Shown one piece after another: positions 28,595 to 43,363 of a stretch of DNA of 64,000 nucleotides (the first letter of the stretch is position 1; every line of letters begins with the position of its first letter). The translations under genes and the position numbers were made by a program. The notes under the pieces are model-generated. The model was not told where the DNA came from. It searched no databases and was given only the letters and a program-made list of their open reading frames with translations. Source of the stretch: Octopus vulgaris (lineage: Eukaryota); NCBI GenBank assembly GCA_951406725.2, contig OX597832.1, forward strand, positions 12,090,001 to 12,154,000. Reading direction: 5' to 3'.

Positions 28595-28776
28595 ACTTAT
28601 GCCGCTAAGGTTGTCTTTGAATGATTACCAGTTGAGTATTGAAGTGGTTATCGGTTGAGTATGTCACCTGTGCCTAGTAGTTGGACCGATTGCTTAGTTC
28701 TGAGCCAAACAATGAAGACTACAGAGGCCTAAAGTTTCCTAAAGCTGCCGAAACAACATGTGCTTAAATTATCATT
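28595..28776 (+). repeat. About 180-bp direct repeat, copy 2
   Basis: Near-identical to 27789-27966, with a few substitutions and a 4-bp insertion. Confidence 0.9.
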
Positions 28777-29346
28777 GTCCTCGTAATAGGGAGAAATAGC
28801 GTATTGGCCTGGTGAGATTCCTTGATTTCCGAGCTAATACATCGGTAGATCACATGCATAAAATTAATTAGTTGGACAAATGGGGAAGATGCGTTTAACG
28901 AATGCTCCTTATGCAAAGTAATATAGACAATTTTAACGTTGGATATAGGTATTGGTTTTGAACAAAGGTGCGTCTGAAATGGTGTTGTACACATTAGAGT
29001 GATTACATTACCCGACTGATATTTATATCGTTGACCTCGTCAAGGTTTCAGCATAGAACATCTACGTGCGTAGCAAATAATAATTGCAAAGCATTTTTCT
29101 GTTAGTCTATGGATTTTCTCACTCTTGACACTTGCTAATGTTAAACATGTTAAAGGCAGTTAAGTATAAATGAAACTGTTTACAGATGGATCGAGAGTGT
29201 CAATGAAAGCTATATGCTATTCATCATCATCATCAACATCATCATCATCAACATCATTATCATCATCATCAACAACATCATCGACATCATCACTGTCATC
29301 GAAGACTATCTGTCTATAGTCGACTATGATTGTCCTTATCGCTTAG

Positions 29347-29549
29347 GGCGGCGAGCTGGCAGAATCGTTACCATGCCGTGCGACGTGCTTAGCGCTAATT
29401 CGTCAGCCGTTACGTTCTGAGTTGAAGTTCCGCTGAGGTCGACTTTGCCTTTATTTAATCGGGGTCGATTAGATAAGTACCAGTTACTCACTGGGGGCGA
29501 TTTTATCGACTTAATCCCTTTGTCTGTCTTTGTTTGTTCCCTCTATTTA
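29347..29549 (+). mobile_element. SINE family B
   Basis: ggcggcgagctggcagaatcgtta...gttctgagttgaagttccgctgaggtcgactttgccttt...ataagtaccagtta...cgacttaatccctttgtctgtc. Confidence 0.85.
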
Positions 29550-29594
29550 ATATATATATATATTTATTTATATTTATCGGCGGTCATGTCGCAG

Positions 29595-29646
<52 letters not shown>

Positions 29647-29694
29647 TTATCGGCGGTGCACCAGTATGGCCGCAGCTCTGAGCTGAAACTAAAA

Positions 29695-29750
<56 letters not shown>

Positions 29751-30971
29751 CTAGTCATATGATCAAAAGTGAATTGCTCACTTCCAAAGGCTTCGTTCCT
29801 GAACCGATTTAGGTTTCAGTGTTTTGTTTAATATGGTTGCTAAGCAACATGTTGTATTACAATCAAGGTCTACTTAATTTGCAATGCTTCGAGCGCATTG
29901 GGAGAGCATAGTAATGACAATCCGGTTGTCTCTGGTTATCAAGACAACCTTCGCTTTATTGCAACAGTATCAGTTTCAAGCTAAGGAGATTATATTTCTT
30001 TTGGAGGCTATTGTTCGTAAGATTCTCTCTCTAAATACTTGTTTTAACTGAAGTATCTCATCGTGAATACATACAGTTTAAAAGAAAAACAAATGGCTTT
30101 TTAGCTGTTTTGCTGCATTACGTTTAATATTTTGATCCGCTACTATTTGCCAAAAAAAAAAAAAATGATATTTGTAATATACATAACTAAGAGAGATTGC
30201 AAGCACTGTGTTACCATCTGAGACAGATAGGAATCATAATAAATAGTGATATTTCAGTTCAATCTTGTATTTCTAAGTTCGTAACAACAAACGACTGTCA
30301 GGAAGAAAATACGAGACCATTTATAACATAAAAGCTACCTATGAGATAATATTGACTGTAATCTGAATCCTTACTCTCGGCAATATTCCATTCCGCAGAG
30401 AACGTTAGATTCAGTCACAGATTATAGTGGCGTCCTAAAGATTATTTCCGTGTACCAGGTGAACTAACGGAAAAGGGGTTAGGAATTTTAGATAAAGCAT
30501 AAAAGATGCGTTGATTCTAAATTGAGTAAACATTATCAAAACAGTGCCATACCAAAACATCAAATATCATTTCCATCTCGCACGACTTGCGTCAATGTAA
30601 TGGAAAAGCCCTGTTTCCAAATTACATCAAAGTCTTTATCATAATACCTTCTCTAAAAATATAGTTTAAATTAAACATTATAAAAAAAATTGTTGTGTGA
30701 ATATCTAGAAAAGAACTAAAATTGTAGGAACCAGGAGGAATGTATGAATATGAGTGAGAAAGAGATAAATACAAATATCAAACAATATCGTTCACAAAGA
30801 ACATAACATAGCATTAACATCGGTGAGAGCAGAATATTTCGAGTTTAATGTCGCTAATCATCAACATAAGTAAAGAATGAAAAGAAAGCATATGTACTTT
30901 GAATGGTAACATATACAATAGCTTCTTTCAGAAATGCATACTTCATACGGAGGTTGTTAGAAAGTCATCGT

Positions 30972-30972
<1 letters not shown>

Positions 30973-31009
<37 letters not shown>

Positions 31010-31065
31010 GCTGCTGCTACTGCTGCTGCTACTACTGCTCCTGTTGCTGCGGCTGCTGCAGCTAT
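30973..31065. repeat. (CTA)n grading into (CTG)n
   Basis: Seen directly. Confidence 0.9.
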
Positions 31066-31612
31066 TGATGCCACAAATGATAATCGACACTAGTATAGAC
31101 ACAAGATTAGAAATTTCGATCAATGTGCTAGTCGATGAAATTGACATTAGTACTACTCGTCTTTTAGTGCATTTTATCGACCTACGATAGATAAACAACA
31201 ATGGGCACCCCAAGAGAATGTTAACACAGAAAGAAAATAAGCCGAAACAATAATAAAAATAGAAAAGCAAAGCACATTTCTGACGCTCTAACGATTCTGC
31301 TAACATACTTTCCCATCGTAATGCCTTCTGATTTAAGCACAAAAGCTGCAACCAAGTACACAATCAACACCATTGAGCCAGTATTCTACTGGTTCTCTCT
31401 TTTGACGATCCCTCTGAATTCGATAAAACATGGTCTCGGCGGTATTTAAACTTGTAATGCATAGAGACGTGACACTTCCCCCACAGTATGTTTTCCCCGA
31501 TGCACTAAAGATTCCCTCACTCTGCGGCTAAACTGTTCCAAGTAATAACAGCAACAGAAAATGAGAAAATGGCCCAAATAATAAAAGTAACTTTAAAAAT
31601 TATAAGAGTAAT

Positions 31613-31821
31613 GGCTTCAATTTTTGACACAAAGCCAGCAGTATTTAGGGAGGAGGAATGTATATTTACAACGATGGCAAGAATTCATTGGTATTTATGT
31701 TGTCGACAACAAAAGACGAAAGTGAAGTCGACCTCGGCGAAAAGTAGGTTGACAAGGAATGCGAAGATATGCGGCAAAGCGTTGTGTTCGTCTGGGTAAC
31801 GATTTTGGTAGCTATCCGCCT
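31613..31821 (-). mobile_element. SINE family B, diverged
   Basis: aagtcgacctcggcg and taacgattttggtagctatccgcc are reverse complements of family-B motifs. Confidence 0.65.
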
Positions 31822-31825
31822 AAAT

Positions 31826-32422
31826 CAGTGGCACCCAACCGGCTTCTTTATGGCCCCTGGGGATCATAGAAAACATTGTGGTACAAACAACAAAATAGTA
31901 AATTGTGGGTGCCCAATAATATTATAAGGGCATCTGAAACAATTTTGCTTTAGATGTATGTATTGGTGTGTATGGTTTCTTTCTATAATGTTTTACATAG
32001 TTTAACTGACATACATGTGGAGGCATGTGGCTTGGTGTATAGTGTGTTGAACTCATGATCGTAAAATTGTGGTTTTGATTCCTGGAGCGAGGGACACGTC
32101 TTCTTGAGCAAGACACTTCATTTCACATTGTTCTAGTTCACACAGCTGGCAAAACTTCGTAATTCTGGGATGGACGGGAGTCCCGTACAGGTGGGGAATT
32201 CATACGGTTTCGATCCTTGTGAGTCGGCATGATTCGAGAGGGTAACTTTAGCTAACTTTAGAAGGTAGCCTTCGTAAGTCCATGTCTGAAAAACAAAATA
32301 CGAATTTATAAAGTCTCTATAAAACTAGTTTTAAAACATCGATTGTCTATGGATGTCCACAACAACAGAATAGTATTCAAAGTGGTCCATAGATAAAAAG
32401 AGAAAGTGGTTGGGAGCCCCTA
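31826..32422. mobile_element. hAT/Charlie-like MITE with a nested SINE
   Basis: Imperfect TIRs cagtggcacccaacc (31826-40) and ggttgggagccccta (32408-22) resemble Charlie-type CAGTGGTTCCCAACC ends; TSD not clean. Confidence 0.5.
32017..32250 (+). mobile_element. SINE family C, diverged
   Basis: tgtggaggcatgtggcttggtg...cttgagcaagacacttcatttcacattgttctagttcacacagctg...gagggtaacttt, shared with 55954-56294. Confidence 0.7.
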
Positions 32423-32728
32423 ACCTGCAAAATTGCAATAATTTTGCTGATACTCATCCAACTACTGTCGCATCTATACCTCCAGCTGTATATACATACA
32501 TTGTTGTGTATACAGCTGTATACACATACAGCAAACCAAAAACAAAACAGAAAATAAAAATGAAGAAATGCTACATAGATGCTGATGGTGATTATATCAA
32601 AATAATCATGATTTCAAATTTTGACGTAGATATAGTTAGATATGGGGCTAGGGTGTGCTAATTCTATCCATACACTATATTCTTTATTTCCTCTTTATCA
32701 CTCGGTTTATCTCCCACACTCCAAACTT

Positions 32729-32799
<71 letters not shown>

Positions 32800-32801
<2 letters not shown>

Positions 32802-32995
32802 GTGACCGCGTGTGTATCGCTGGTAATTTTCTTTCTCCGTCTTCCCTTCGTTGGACCTTTCTTTTTTCTGTTTCTGACGAAGTGCCCCGATCGAAACGTT
32901 AAATCCTTCTTTCTTTCCTTTACTCAGCATCCAATAACACTATACTTCTTCCAAGTCCTCGCGTTTTTGTGTTTTCTCTTTCTACATGTCTGGAT

Positions 32996-33000
<5 letters not shown>
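32800..33000 (+). mobile_element. Penelope-type non-autonomous element with a minimal hammerhead motif (32870-32904, stem II mutated)
   Basis: gttt-CTGACGA-a-gtgccccgatc-GAAAC-GTT-aaat; the whole element is co-linear with the reverse complement of 63154-63365; lies between (TG)n and (TA)n. Confidence 0.7.
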
Positions 33001-33091
<91 letters not shown>

Positions 33092-33199
33092 AAGATAGGG
33101 AGAGAAAGATAGAGAGAGAATGCGGATATAAGCAGTGAAAATATGCGTGCATGTGTGTGTGTGTGTGCAAGCACCCACGTAAGCACATACATTCATATG

Positions 33200-33239
<40 letters not shown>

Positions 33240-33936
33240 CATATATATGCATATATGTCTTGGTCTGTCTTAACGCATCTTTCCCCACCAAACAACATAT
33301 GAACAAGAGAAACATGAAGAAATACAAAATTATAAATCTTGCACTTCCTCTTTAACTATTAGCCAACTTTCAGAATCTGCTGAAGAAATTTTTACACATT
33401 CAAAAACTAAGTTAAATAAGAATTCCAGTATCGTCGGTAGGAAAAAAAATTGTGTTAATGATAGTTTCAGAGAGAAATAAAATACAGATGTGTAGACAAT
33501 AACATTCACACCTTTGGTGTTTTGTTCCTGCGTTTATTATCATCTATGTAGCATTTCTTCATTTGGTTATATCCTGGGCTGTTGCGTTATCTTTATTTTC
33601 TGTTTTGTTTTTGGCTTGCTATATGTGTAATACACAAAGAAGCGCAATCTTAAACGCACAAGCGCATATATATATATGCGTGTACAGATACATACTGACG
33701 CATCGAGACGAAGCAATGCGCACGTATGCACGTGTGCGTACACGTGTAGGCATGCGTTCCAAACCCCACCCACATACGTACATATTTCTGTGTATGTCTT
33801 ATAGAAATAAGCATATATTTGTGTGTATACACACATATATGCATACATACATATTTATATACATATATACATATGCATATATGTGTATATACATACATGC
33901 ATACATACATAGATACATAGATATATACATATGTGT

Positions 33937-33993
<57 letters not shown>

Positions 33994-34078
33994 TATATAC
34001 GTAGATGCACACACACGCAACCACATACATACACACACGTACACATAAACATATACACAGGTACACACGCCTACACTG

Positions 34079-34123
<45 letters not shown>

Positions 34124-34340
34124 TATATAAACAACATATCTTGTGTATAGTGTCTTGGGGTAAATGCGTATACATGTATACTCTAATACTCACACATACT
34201 TTTAAAAAAACACACTCACACAAACATACTCATAGACAAAACACATGAATGTATCTATGCGTTTATGTATCCCCTGGTAACCATCGGAATACAGGCGCAC
34301 TCAAGACATGCTATTCTTAATATCTGTTGCGTTTTCAATG

Positions 34341-34620
34341 CGGGGATCTGGCAGAAACGTCAGCACGCCGGTTGAAATGCTTTGCGTTATTTCGTTTGTC
34401 TTTATGTTCTGAGTTCAAATTCCGCAAGGTTATGCCCATCTCTTTCGGGGATCATGAAACTAAGTACAGTTAATGGGATCAATAATGACTTAATCCGTAT
34501 GTATGTATGTTTGTATGTATGTTGTTTAGCCCCTATGTGGGTATGAAAGAATATATATTTCGTCTGTCTTTACATTCTATATATATACATTCACATCCAT
34601 ATGACTTTGCCTTTATATAC
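34341..34620 (+). mobile_element. SINE family B, second head-to-tail dimer with corrupted sequence
   Basis: ctggcagaaacgtcagcacgccgg...gttctgagttcaaattccgc...gtttagcccctatgtgggt..aaagaata, then tatttcgtctgtctttac again. Confidence 0.7.
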
Positions 34621-34817
34621 AAATATATGCATATAATAAATATAAGCAATATATATATATCAATATATTATAAAATTTAGGGTATGTGCTTAGATAGATA
34701 AGAATATCTATTCTGTCTTCGTTAATACTTTACTTACTTTCTACAAAGCTTCACACAACCTGCTTTCACTCAGGAAATTTTCTATTGAATCATTAAAAGT
34801 TATGCATAATTAAAAAT

Positions 34818-35210
34818 GTGGAGGCACATGGCCTAGTGTTTAGAGCAGCGGGACCTCAGATTCTATATCCTTAGGATTGAGCACGCCAATGACATGGAGG
34901 TATGCCGTGGAACGACTAAATACAAAGGCTATATGACTTTTGTAATGATCTGTAGTATAGTTCCACTGCATTGCACATTATGCAAGTGTCTTGCGCTTTA
35001 TGCTCAGGATGACGGAAGCTTTTTGAGTGAATTAAGGAGACAGAAACTGAAAGAATCCCGTCGTCTGTGTGTAAAAACATGCGTGCGTGTGTGTGTGTGC
35101 GTGTGTGTGTGCGTGTGTGTATGTGTGTGTCTGCCATCAGTAATGACATTCAATGTTGGCGTGCTTGTTTCCCCGTAATTTAGCAGTTCGGACAAAGATG
35201 CTGATAGAAT
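34818..35210 (+). mobile_element. SINE C head followed by a diverged SINE A
   Basis: tgtggaggcacatggcctagtg; gcaagtgtctt...cagaaactgaaagaatcccgtcg-(TG)n-tccccgtaatttagcagttcgg. Confidence 0.65.
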
Positions 35211-35523
35211 ATTTTAAGTATAATTATATATATAAAATATATATTAAGTTATTATGTGTCTAATGAATAGACTAAGAGATAAGATTAAAGATATATGAAA
35301 TATTGTCAAATATTCAGTGAGATATACAGAATTGCTCTAATCGTTTGTTTACCCAATATCAGTTTGGAAAGCGCTGTGGCTATCTAAACAATCACTACAT
35401 CTAACTTAAATCAAGTTCGATTCTATAGTGCTTCAACCATCAAACCATCTAAAAGTTGTTGTTAACTTGTACAGATAAACGCATATATATTCAAACACAA
35501 ATGCATACACATTCACATATATT

Positions 35524-35588
<65 letters not shown>

Positions 35589-35678
35589 ATGCATATAAAG
35601 TATATATATATACACATATACGTATGCATATATGTGCATGTATATATATGTACATGTATATATATGTGCTTGTGCGTG

Positions 35679-35722
<44 letters not shown>

Positions 35723-36165
35723 AGCATGTCTCCGCATGTGTATCTGTGTTCCTTTATATATATCTTATAGCATGTGCAGTACTTAGACATTGACGTGTAT
35801 GTATATATATATATATGATTCCTGGTCGATGTGTGCGTAAGTGTACATGATTCAATCTAAACAGCTAAATGATTATAAAACTTTCATTAATGGCTTATAA
35901 TTGTAATTTTCTAATTAGCCGAATTCCTGCGGGTATTATGAAACCCAACATCTCGATATTGCTTCGGAGGCATTTACGTACATAGCCATGGGATCAATCA
36001 ACCAAGCTCCAAGTACGGTATGTATGTATGTATGTATGTATGTATGTATGTATGTATGTATGAATGTATGCATATATATATGCATATGTGTGTATATACA
36101 CTTATGTATATATATACATACACATCCATATGACAGCGTTTATATACAAATATATGCATATAATA

Positions 36166-36207
<42 letters not shown>

Positions 36208-36472
36208 CACACATGCGTATGTATAGATAGATAGATGGATTGATAGATTGCATATATAGATAGATACAGGCACACTTACGCAGGTCTATATACATACATA
36301 TATATGTATGTATATATGTATATATGTATGGAAAGAGAGAGAGAGAGACAGAGTGAGAGAGAGAGAGCTGCAGATTAAGTTGGATAGAGAGATAGATAAA
36401 TATACAGAGAGACAGACTGAAAGACAGACACACAGACAGCAAGGCAGGCAGACATACATATATATGTGTGTG

Positions 36473-36516
<44 letters not shown>

Positions 36517-36544
36517 GAGAGAGGGAGAGAGGGGAGAGAAAAAC

Positions 36545-36581
<37 letters not shown>

Positions 36582-37075
36582 TTATATAGAGCTATAGATA
36601 TATATATTAAGAGATAGTTAGAGATGTGAGAAAGCCCGGGTAAATTATGAATGTATTAGAGAATAGTTTTTGGCTGAACTATATACCTCCACACCGACTC
36701 CTCTCTTTCCTTCTCTCTTCTCATTAGCTAACCCCTTTCCCTTCTATTTCTCTTCTATGTGCATGGAAACCTGTCTTGTGTACAAGATGACGCAAAAGTT
36801 AATTATTATATGTTATATCATTTATGTGTAATTAAATTAATTATTATTCTTTTTCGAAAAATTAAAATAAATTTATATAGTGTGTAATGTTACCATAGCC
36901 TATGTTCATTTAGCCCTGAAGTAGGATTATGAATATGTAATTGCAAGTAATATAGAAATTATTACGCTTCTAATCCTTCAACAGATATACATAGATATGT
37001 GTTTATGCGTATGCACTTTATACATGCATACGCACAGTGACATATCCATTCATGTGATATACACATGCACAATAT

Positions 37076-37205
<130 letters not shown>

Positions 37206-37351
37206 GTTTATGTATATACAGATAGATAGATATACAATCAGACAGAGGTAGATAGCTAACTAGCTATTTAGATAGACAGATTGATTTTAAGATGGATAAA
37301 TGGATAGATTATTTGAAATATGGAAATGTGTCGTTATTTGTATGTGTGTGC

Positions 37352-37391
<40 letters not shown>

Positions 37392-37602
37392 TGGTAAAAT
37401 AGACTAATTTGTAGGAGAAAATTAATAACTGATTACTGATATTTTACCTAGAAAGTATATAACGGTGACAATATTTCAGGTAAATTACCCCTTTTCAGAG
37501 TTTACGAACACAAGACAGGGAGAAGGGGGGAGTTAAATAAGACAGACAGAAAGTGGGGGGAGTGAAAGAGGAGACAGAGAGAAAGAGGAGGGTAAAATAA
37601 AC

Positions 37603-37660
37603 TGTTGGAATAAAAAAAAACCATTGCAATGGCAAAAACATATATGACAAAAAGCGGAAT
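37603..37660 (+). repeat. 58-bp exact direct repeat, copy 1
   Basis: Identical to 38462-38519; contains the palindrome ccattgcaatgg. Confidence 0.9.
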
Positions 37661-37799
37661 TATGTATGTAGTTTCTGTTAGATACGTCATAAATTTCAGG
37701 AAGAATGATGCTATATGTGCATCCAGAAGTTTGGGTGAAGTAGGTGATATTTCGAGCTTCCTGGGGCTCAACAAAAATTGTCCTATTCAGTCTGTAAAT

Positions 37800-37970
37800 T
37801 TGGTCACGGCTGTTGATATTTCTAAGTAGGAATTCTGCGTTCAGATGCCGCCGGGTTCGACTTTGCCTTCCATCCTTTAGAGTCGATAAAATAAGTACCA
37901 ACTGAGGACTGGTATCCATGCAATCAACCACTCTTAACAACAAAATTAGCCTTGTGCTTATAGTACAAAG
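37800..37970 (+). mobile_element. SINE family B, 3' part
   Basis: ttctgcgttcagatgccgccgggttcgactttgccttccatcc...gtcgataaaataagtacca. Confidence 0.75.
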
Positions 37971-38005
37971 TATATTTCTAAAGAAGATGATTTGTTGTTG
38001 TTGTT

Positions 38006-38068
<63 letters not shown>

Positions 38069-38461
38069 GGTTAATGATATTCCGGCTGCATAGCTAATTT
38101 CGATGACATTGTGCACGTTCCTTTATTTGAAAGGTTTCATGATAATGATATCTGAATTTCAAAATATTTCCTGATTCAGAGGTTCGAATCCAACAGCTGA
38201 CATAAGAAAACAAATCACTGAATTTCCAAGCCTTGTTATGTAGAAAACTTACGTAAAAAAAAAAAAAAACGAACTAGATCCACGATTGGTGCACAATCTT
38301 CTTTCATGAAAACTGTTCCAGGGCAACAGAGACCTACGCACACCGACAAACTTTGCGGGTAGCCACTTTAATAAATATATATATATATATGAGCATGAAA
38401 TTAAAAGCAGACATAGTGCAAAGTAAACAGAAAACAGGATAGATAAAATTAGAAAACCAAA

Positions 38462-38519
38462 TGTTGGAATAAAAAAAAACCATTGCAATGGCAAAAACAT
38501 ATATGACAAAAAGCGGAAT
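38462..38519 (+). repeat. 58-bp exact direct repeat, copy 2
   Basis: Identical to 37603-37660. Confidence 0.9.
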
Positions 38520-38733
38520 GAAAAAAAAAAGGCAAAAGAGAAGAAAATATCTATTTATTTCAAGAATGTTAGCTAAATTAATATTTTAGGCTGACAGAAA
38601 AGGTGTGGATATAATTGGTCACATTCAATCATTATTAATTATTGAATCATTTCAAATTACACCGCACCCAAATACATACAATATAATGACAAGACACAAA
38701 TGTGGAATAAAAGAAACACTAGGCATATATATG

Positions 38734-38782
<49 letters not shown>

Positions 38783-38811
38783 TTGTATATGTAATTATGT
38801 ATGGGTATGCA

Positions 38812-38857
<46 letters not shown>

Positions 38858-38911
38858 CATATATATGTATATATATATATTGATATATGTATATATATAT
38901 ATTGATATATA

Positions 38912-38954
<43 letters not shown>

Positions 38955-39289
38955 TATATGCGTCTGCGCATGTATTTGCGTATGAGGCCAGAGTAGTTTC
39001 AATGTGTGGCGATAAATTGTGGTTTATATAATTGTGTGTAAAATAGACATTTGTAGGAGAAAAAAAATTACAGATTAAATATAAAAGAAACTTTTAAAAT
39101 TTCATGGTGCCGAGTATGTAAGGTTATTTTTAGTTGATTGTGCTAAAAGTGATGTTCACTTCGAGAGTAGCGTGTTGATAAGTTTAAAATAAAAAATAAT
39201 AAAAACTCTCATCTCTCTCTCTCTCTCTCGCTATTGATTTTATTGGCCTCTGTCTCTATTTTTACATAACCGCTACATTACCAGTGCCA

Positions 39290-39373
39290 CTTATCATTAT
39301 CATCATCGTCATCATCATATTAATCATCATCATCATTATCAATATCATTGTCAATATCATTATTATTATTATC

Positions 39374-39422
<49 letters not shown>

Positions 39423-39479
39423 GCATTGTTATTCATGTATTGTTTTAGTATTACTACTCATAGTATGCTACAATTACTA

Positions 39480-39515
<36 letters not shown>

Positions 39516-39675
39516 GTAGTAGAAGTAGTAGAAGTAGGATCACGACGATGACAACTACGTCGAATTGTGGTAGTAGTAATACTTTCGATGTGAGTACTAC
39601 CATTATTAATAGTATTATCATTAAATCTATTATTCTATTTGTATTAATAGTACTTTTAAAACTATCGTTAATTAC

Positions 39676-39735
<60 letters not shown>

Positions 39736-39780
39736 AGTTGTTGATATTTTTGTTCAAGTTCTTAAATCATCATCATCATC

Positions 39781-39819
<39 letters not shown>

Positions 39820-39839
39820 ATCATTATTATTATGACTAG

Positions 39840-39887
<48 letters not shown>

Positions 39888-39890
39888 ACT
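39290..39890. repeat. (CAT)n/(TAT)n/(TAG)n trinucleotide cluster
   Basis: Seen directly. Confidence 0.9.
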
Positions 39891-40108
39891 GGTTTTCTTT
39901 CTACTTGACAATATAGGAAATCTATATTCATAAGAACGTAGCGCAATAAATATAATAGTCGGATGTATCATTAATGCAAAATTATGCATTGAAACAAGAC
40001 AAAGGATAATAAAAAAAAAACAAATATAAAAAAAATAAAATTCAGTGAAACATTATTTTTGTTTTCCTTTTTGTTCTTCTTTAGCAACTCTAGAAGAAAT
40101 ACATACAT

Positions 40109-40700
<592 letters not shown>

Positions 40701-41004
40701 CACGTAAGCCTACATGAGTCCGCGTATGCACATATTACCTCTCATGTATGGATACACACAGCGATATATGAAAAACAATCGCACAAACATTATGCAATAT
40801 ATGAACCAAAAACAGTGACATGAAACAACATACAAATCAAAAAATCAATTTCATCGATATTATTTTAGATTTTATTTATGTTATTTTATTTTATTTTATA
40901 TAGTTTAGTTGTTTATTTATTGTTGTTGTTATTAACTTTGGTTTCTTCACAGATTTTTTTTATTTCTCATCCTTTCTCATTTATTCAATAAAATTCTGTA
41001 TTAC

Positions 41005-41430
41005 CTTCTTCTTCTTCTTCTTCTTCTTCTTCTTCTTCTTCTTCTTCTTCTTCTTCTTCTTCTTCCATCATCATCATCATCAACACCTTCTTCTTCTTCC
41101 TCCACCGTCATCAACATCATAGTTATCTGTTTCTTCTTCTTCTTCCTTTTCTTCTACTACTTCTCCTTCTTCTTCCACCTTCTCCTCCTCATCCTTCTTC
41201 CTTCTTCTCTTCATCAATTTCATCATCGTCGTCGTCGTCATCATCATCATCATCATCATCATCATAGTTTTCTTCTTCTTCTTCTTCTTCTTCATCTTCT
41301 TCTTCCTCCTTCTCCTCCTCATCCTTCTTCCTTCTTCTCTACATCAATTTCATCATCGTCGTCGTCGTCATCATCATCATCATAGTTGTCTTCTTCTTCT
41401 TCTTCTTCTTCTTCTTCTCTTCTCCTCCTC
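41005..41430. repeat. (CTT)n/(CAT)n/(CGT)n block with an approximately 130-bp higher-order duplication
   Basis: ttctcctcctcatccttcttccttcttctct.catcaatttcatcatcgtcgtcgtcgtcatcatc occurs at about 41180 and 41310. Confidence 0.85.
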
Positions 41431-42416
41431 ATTTTTCTTGTTTTATTATCTTCATTATTTGTTTTAAAATTATTTCTTTCCCCCCTTTTTGTTCCTTCTT
41501 CGTTCACCTCACTCCTGCTCTGCCTCATTTATTTTTTTTCATTCCTCCTTTAGCTCTTCGCTCTCTTCCTTTGCATGATCACCAGCACCAGCACCACCAC
41601 CATACCACAGACCCCAACACCACCACAGACCCCATCCTTATTATCATCATGATCATCATGATCATCATCTCTCTCTACCCCTCCTCCCCTACCCATCTTC
41701 CTTCTAATTCACGCCCTTTATGCTTTTTTTTTTTCCTCCCTCGCTTCCACCATATATCATCTCCAGTATCTTCCGATATTGTATTCTTGTCTTTGTCGCT
41801 TTGATAATCTCTCTTCGTCTCTTTCGTATTTTAAAACAAGCAACAAATATAATGATGATCATTATTAATATTATCATAATCATCGTGAACATTATTATTA
41901 TCATCATTATTTTTATTAGAATTTTCATTATTGTTTTTTTATCATTGTTGCTCGGTGGCTGTGATGAGGCTTAGCTTTCTCTTTCTTTTTGTTGTGTAAC
42001 ATTTGCTTATCTTGTTGTGCAGAATATCATCAGCAATGTATGTGCTAGAATTAGAATCTAACACTGAAACAAAAAAGAAAATAACACTGAAACATCGTAC
42101 GAAGGCAATTATATTGAGGTTTCCATATTTATTATAAAACATTTTGGTTTATAAGTTCTTTCATCTCTTTTACACAATCAATATATTCATGAGGATTTAG
42201 AGAATGTGCCCAAAGTATCGGTCAATTTCGATAATCAACGTCTTGAAGAACTTCACTTTAGAAATTCTATGAAAAATATAAAGAAGCAGAGCTAGACCGA
42301 AAATATTCTATATACTAAGCAAAAATTCCTTTTGTCAATTCTGTCCAGGTCGTTAGTCTCTTTTCGTGCATCCTGATCATTTGCGGACCCCTTGTTCCAG
42401 TGTAAATTTCTAGTGC

Positions 42417-42493
42417 CTTCTTCTTCTTCTTCTTCTTCTTCTTCTTCTTCTTCTTCTTCTTCTTCTTCTTCTTCTTCTTCTTCTTCTTCTTCT

Positions 42494-42524
<31 letters not shown>

Positions 42525-42670
42525 TTTTCTTTTTCTTCCTCTTCTTCTTCTTCTTCTTCTTCTTCTTCTTCTTCTTCTCCTTATTCTTATTCTTCTTATT
42601 ATTATTCCTCCTTCTCCTACTCATCCTTCTTCTTCTTCCTCCTTCTCCTCCTCATCCTTCTTCCTTCTAA
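42417..42670. repeat. (CTT)n microsatellite
   Basis: Seen directly. Confidence 0.95.
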
Positions 42671-43021
42671 CTTGTACACTCACACATTCAGATTCAGTGT
42701 ACGTGTAGCCGTAGTTTATAATGGTAAATATTCCTTACAGACCAAGCTTAACATATTCAGCACCATTTCAGAGAATCTATTAAGATAATAGTTATAATAA
42801 AGGTTATATTTTAGTGAGTGCGGGTTCGTTACATGATGTTTTTAAGGATCTAAGTTTATATGTATTTCGTATAACTAATAAATGAAGTTAAGCAAAGTTC
42901 TGTATAATAAATCTGCGAAGATAAATGAAATTAGTTGATCGGTTATTATTAGTCGTATTCATACAAAATATTGCAAACGGTAAATCAATTCTATAAAAGT
43001 AATCCACCGTGCAATACACAA

Positions 43022-43067
<46 letters not shown>

Positions 43068-43136
43068 ACACACAAGCACACATTTTATTCTTAGCATAAA
43101 ATTTGTGTGCATTTTCATTCTTTTAATGATTTTACT

Positions 43137-43321
43137 ACGATTGTACTTTTGGGCATTGCTAGACTTTAATAAACCATCATCTCTATATATGTATATATAG
43201 TCCCTTACATATATATGTGCAGAGATCTCTCTCTCTCTCTCTCTCTCTCTCTAAATGTCTATATATATATATAAATATATATATATTATAAATATATATA
43301 TATATAATATATATATGTATA

Positions 43322-43363
<42 letters not shown>

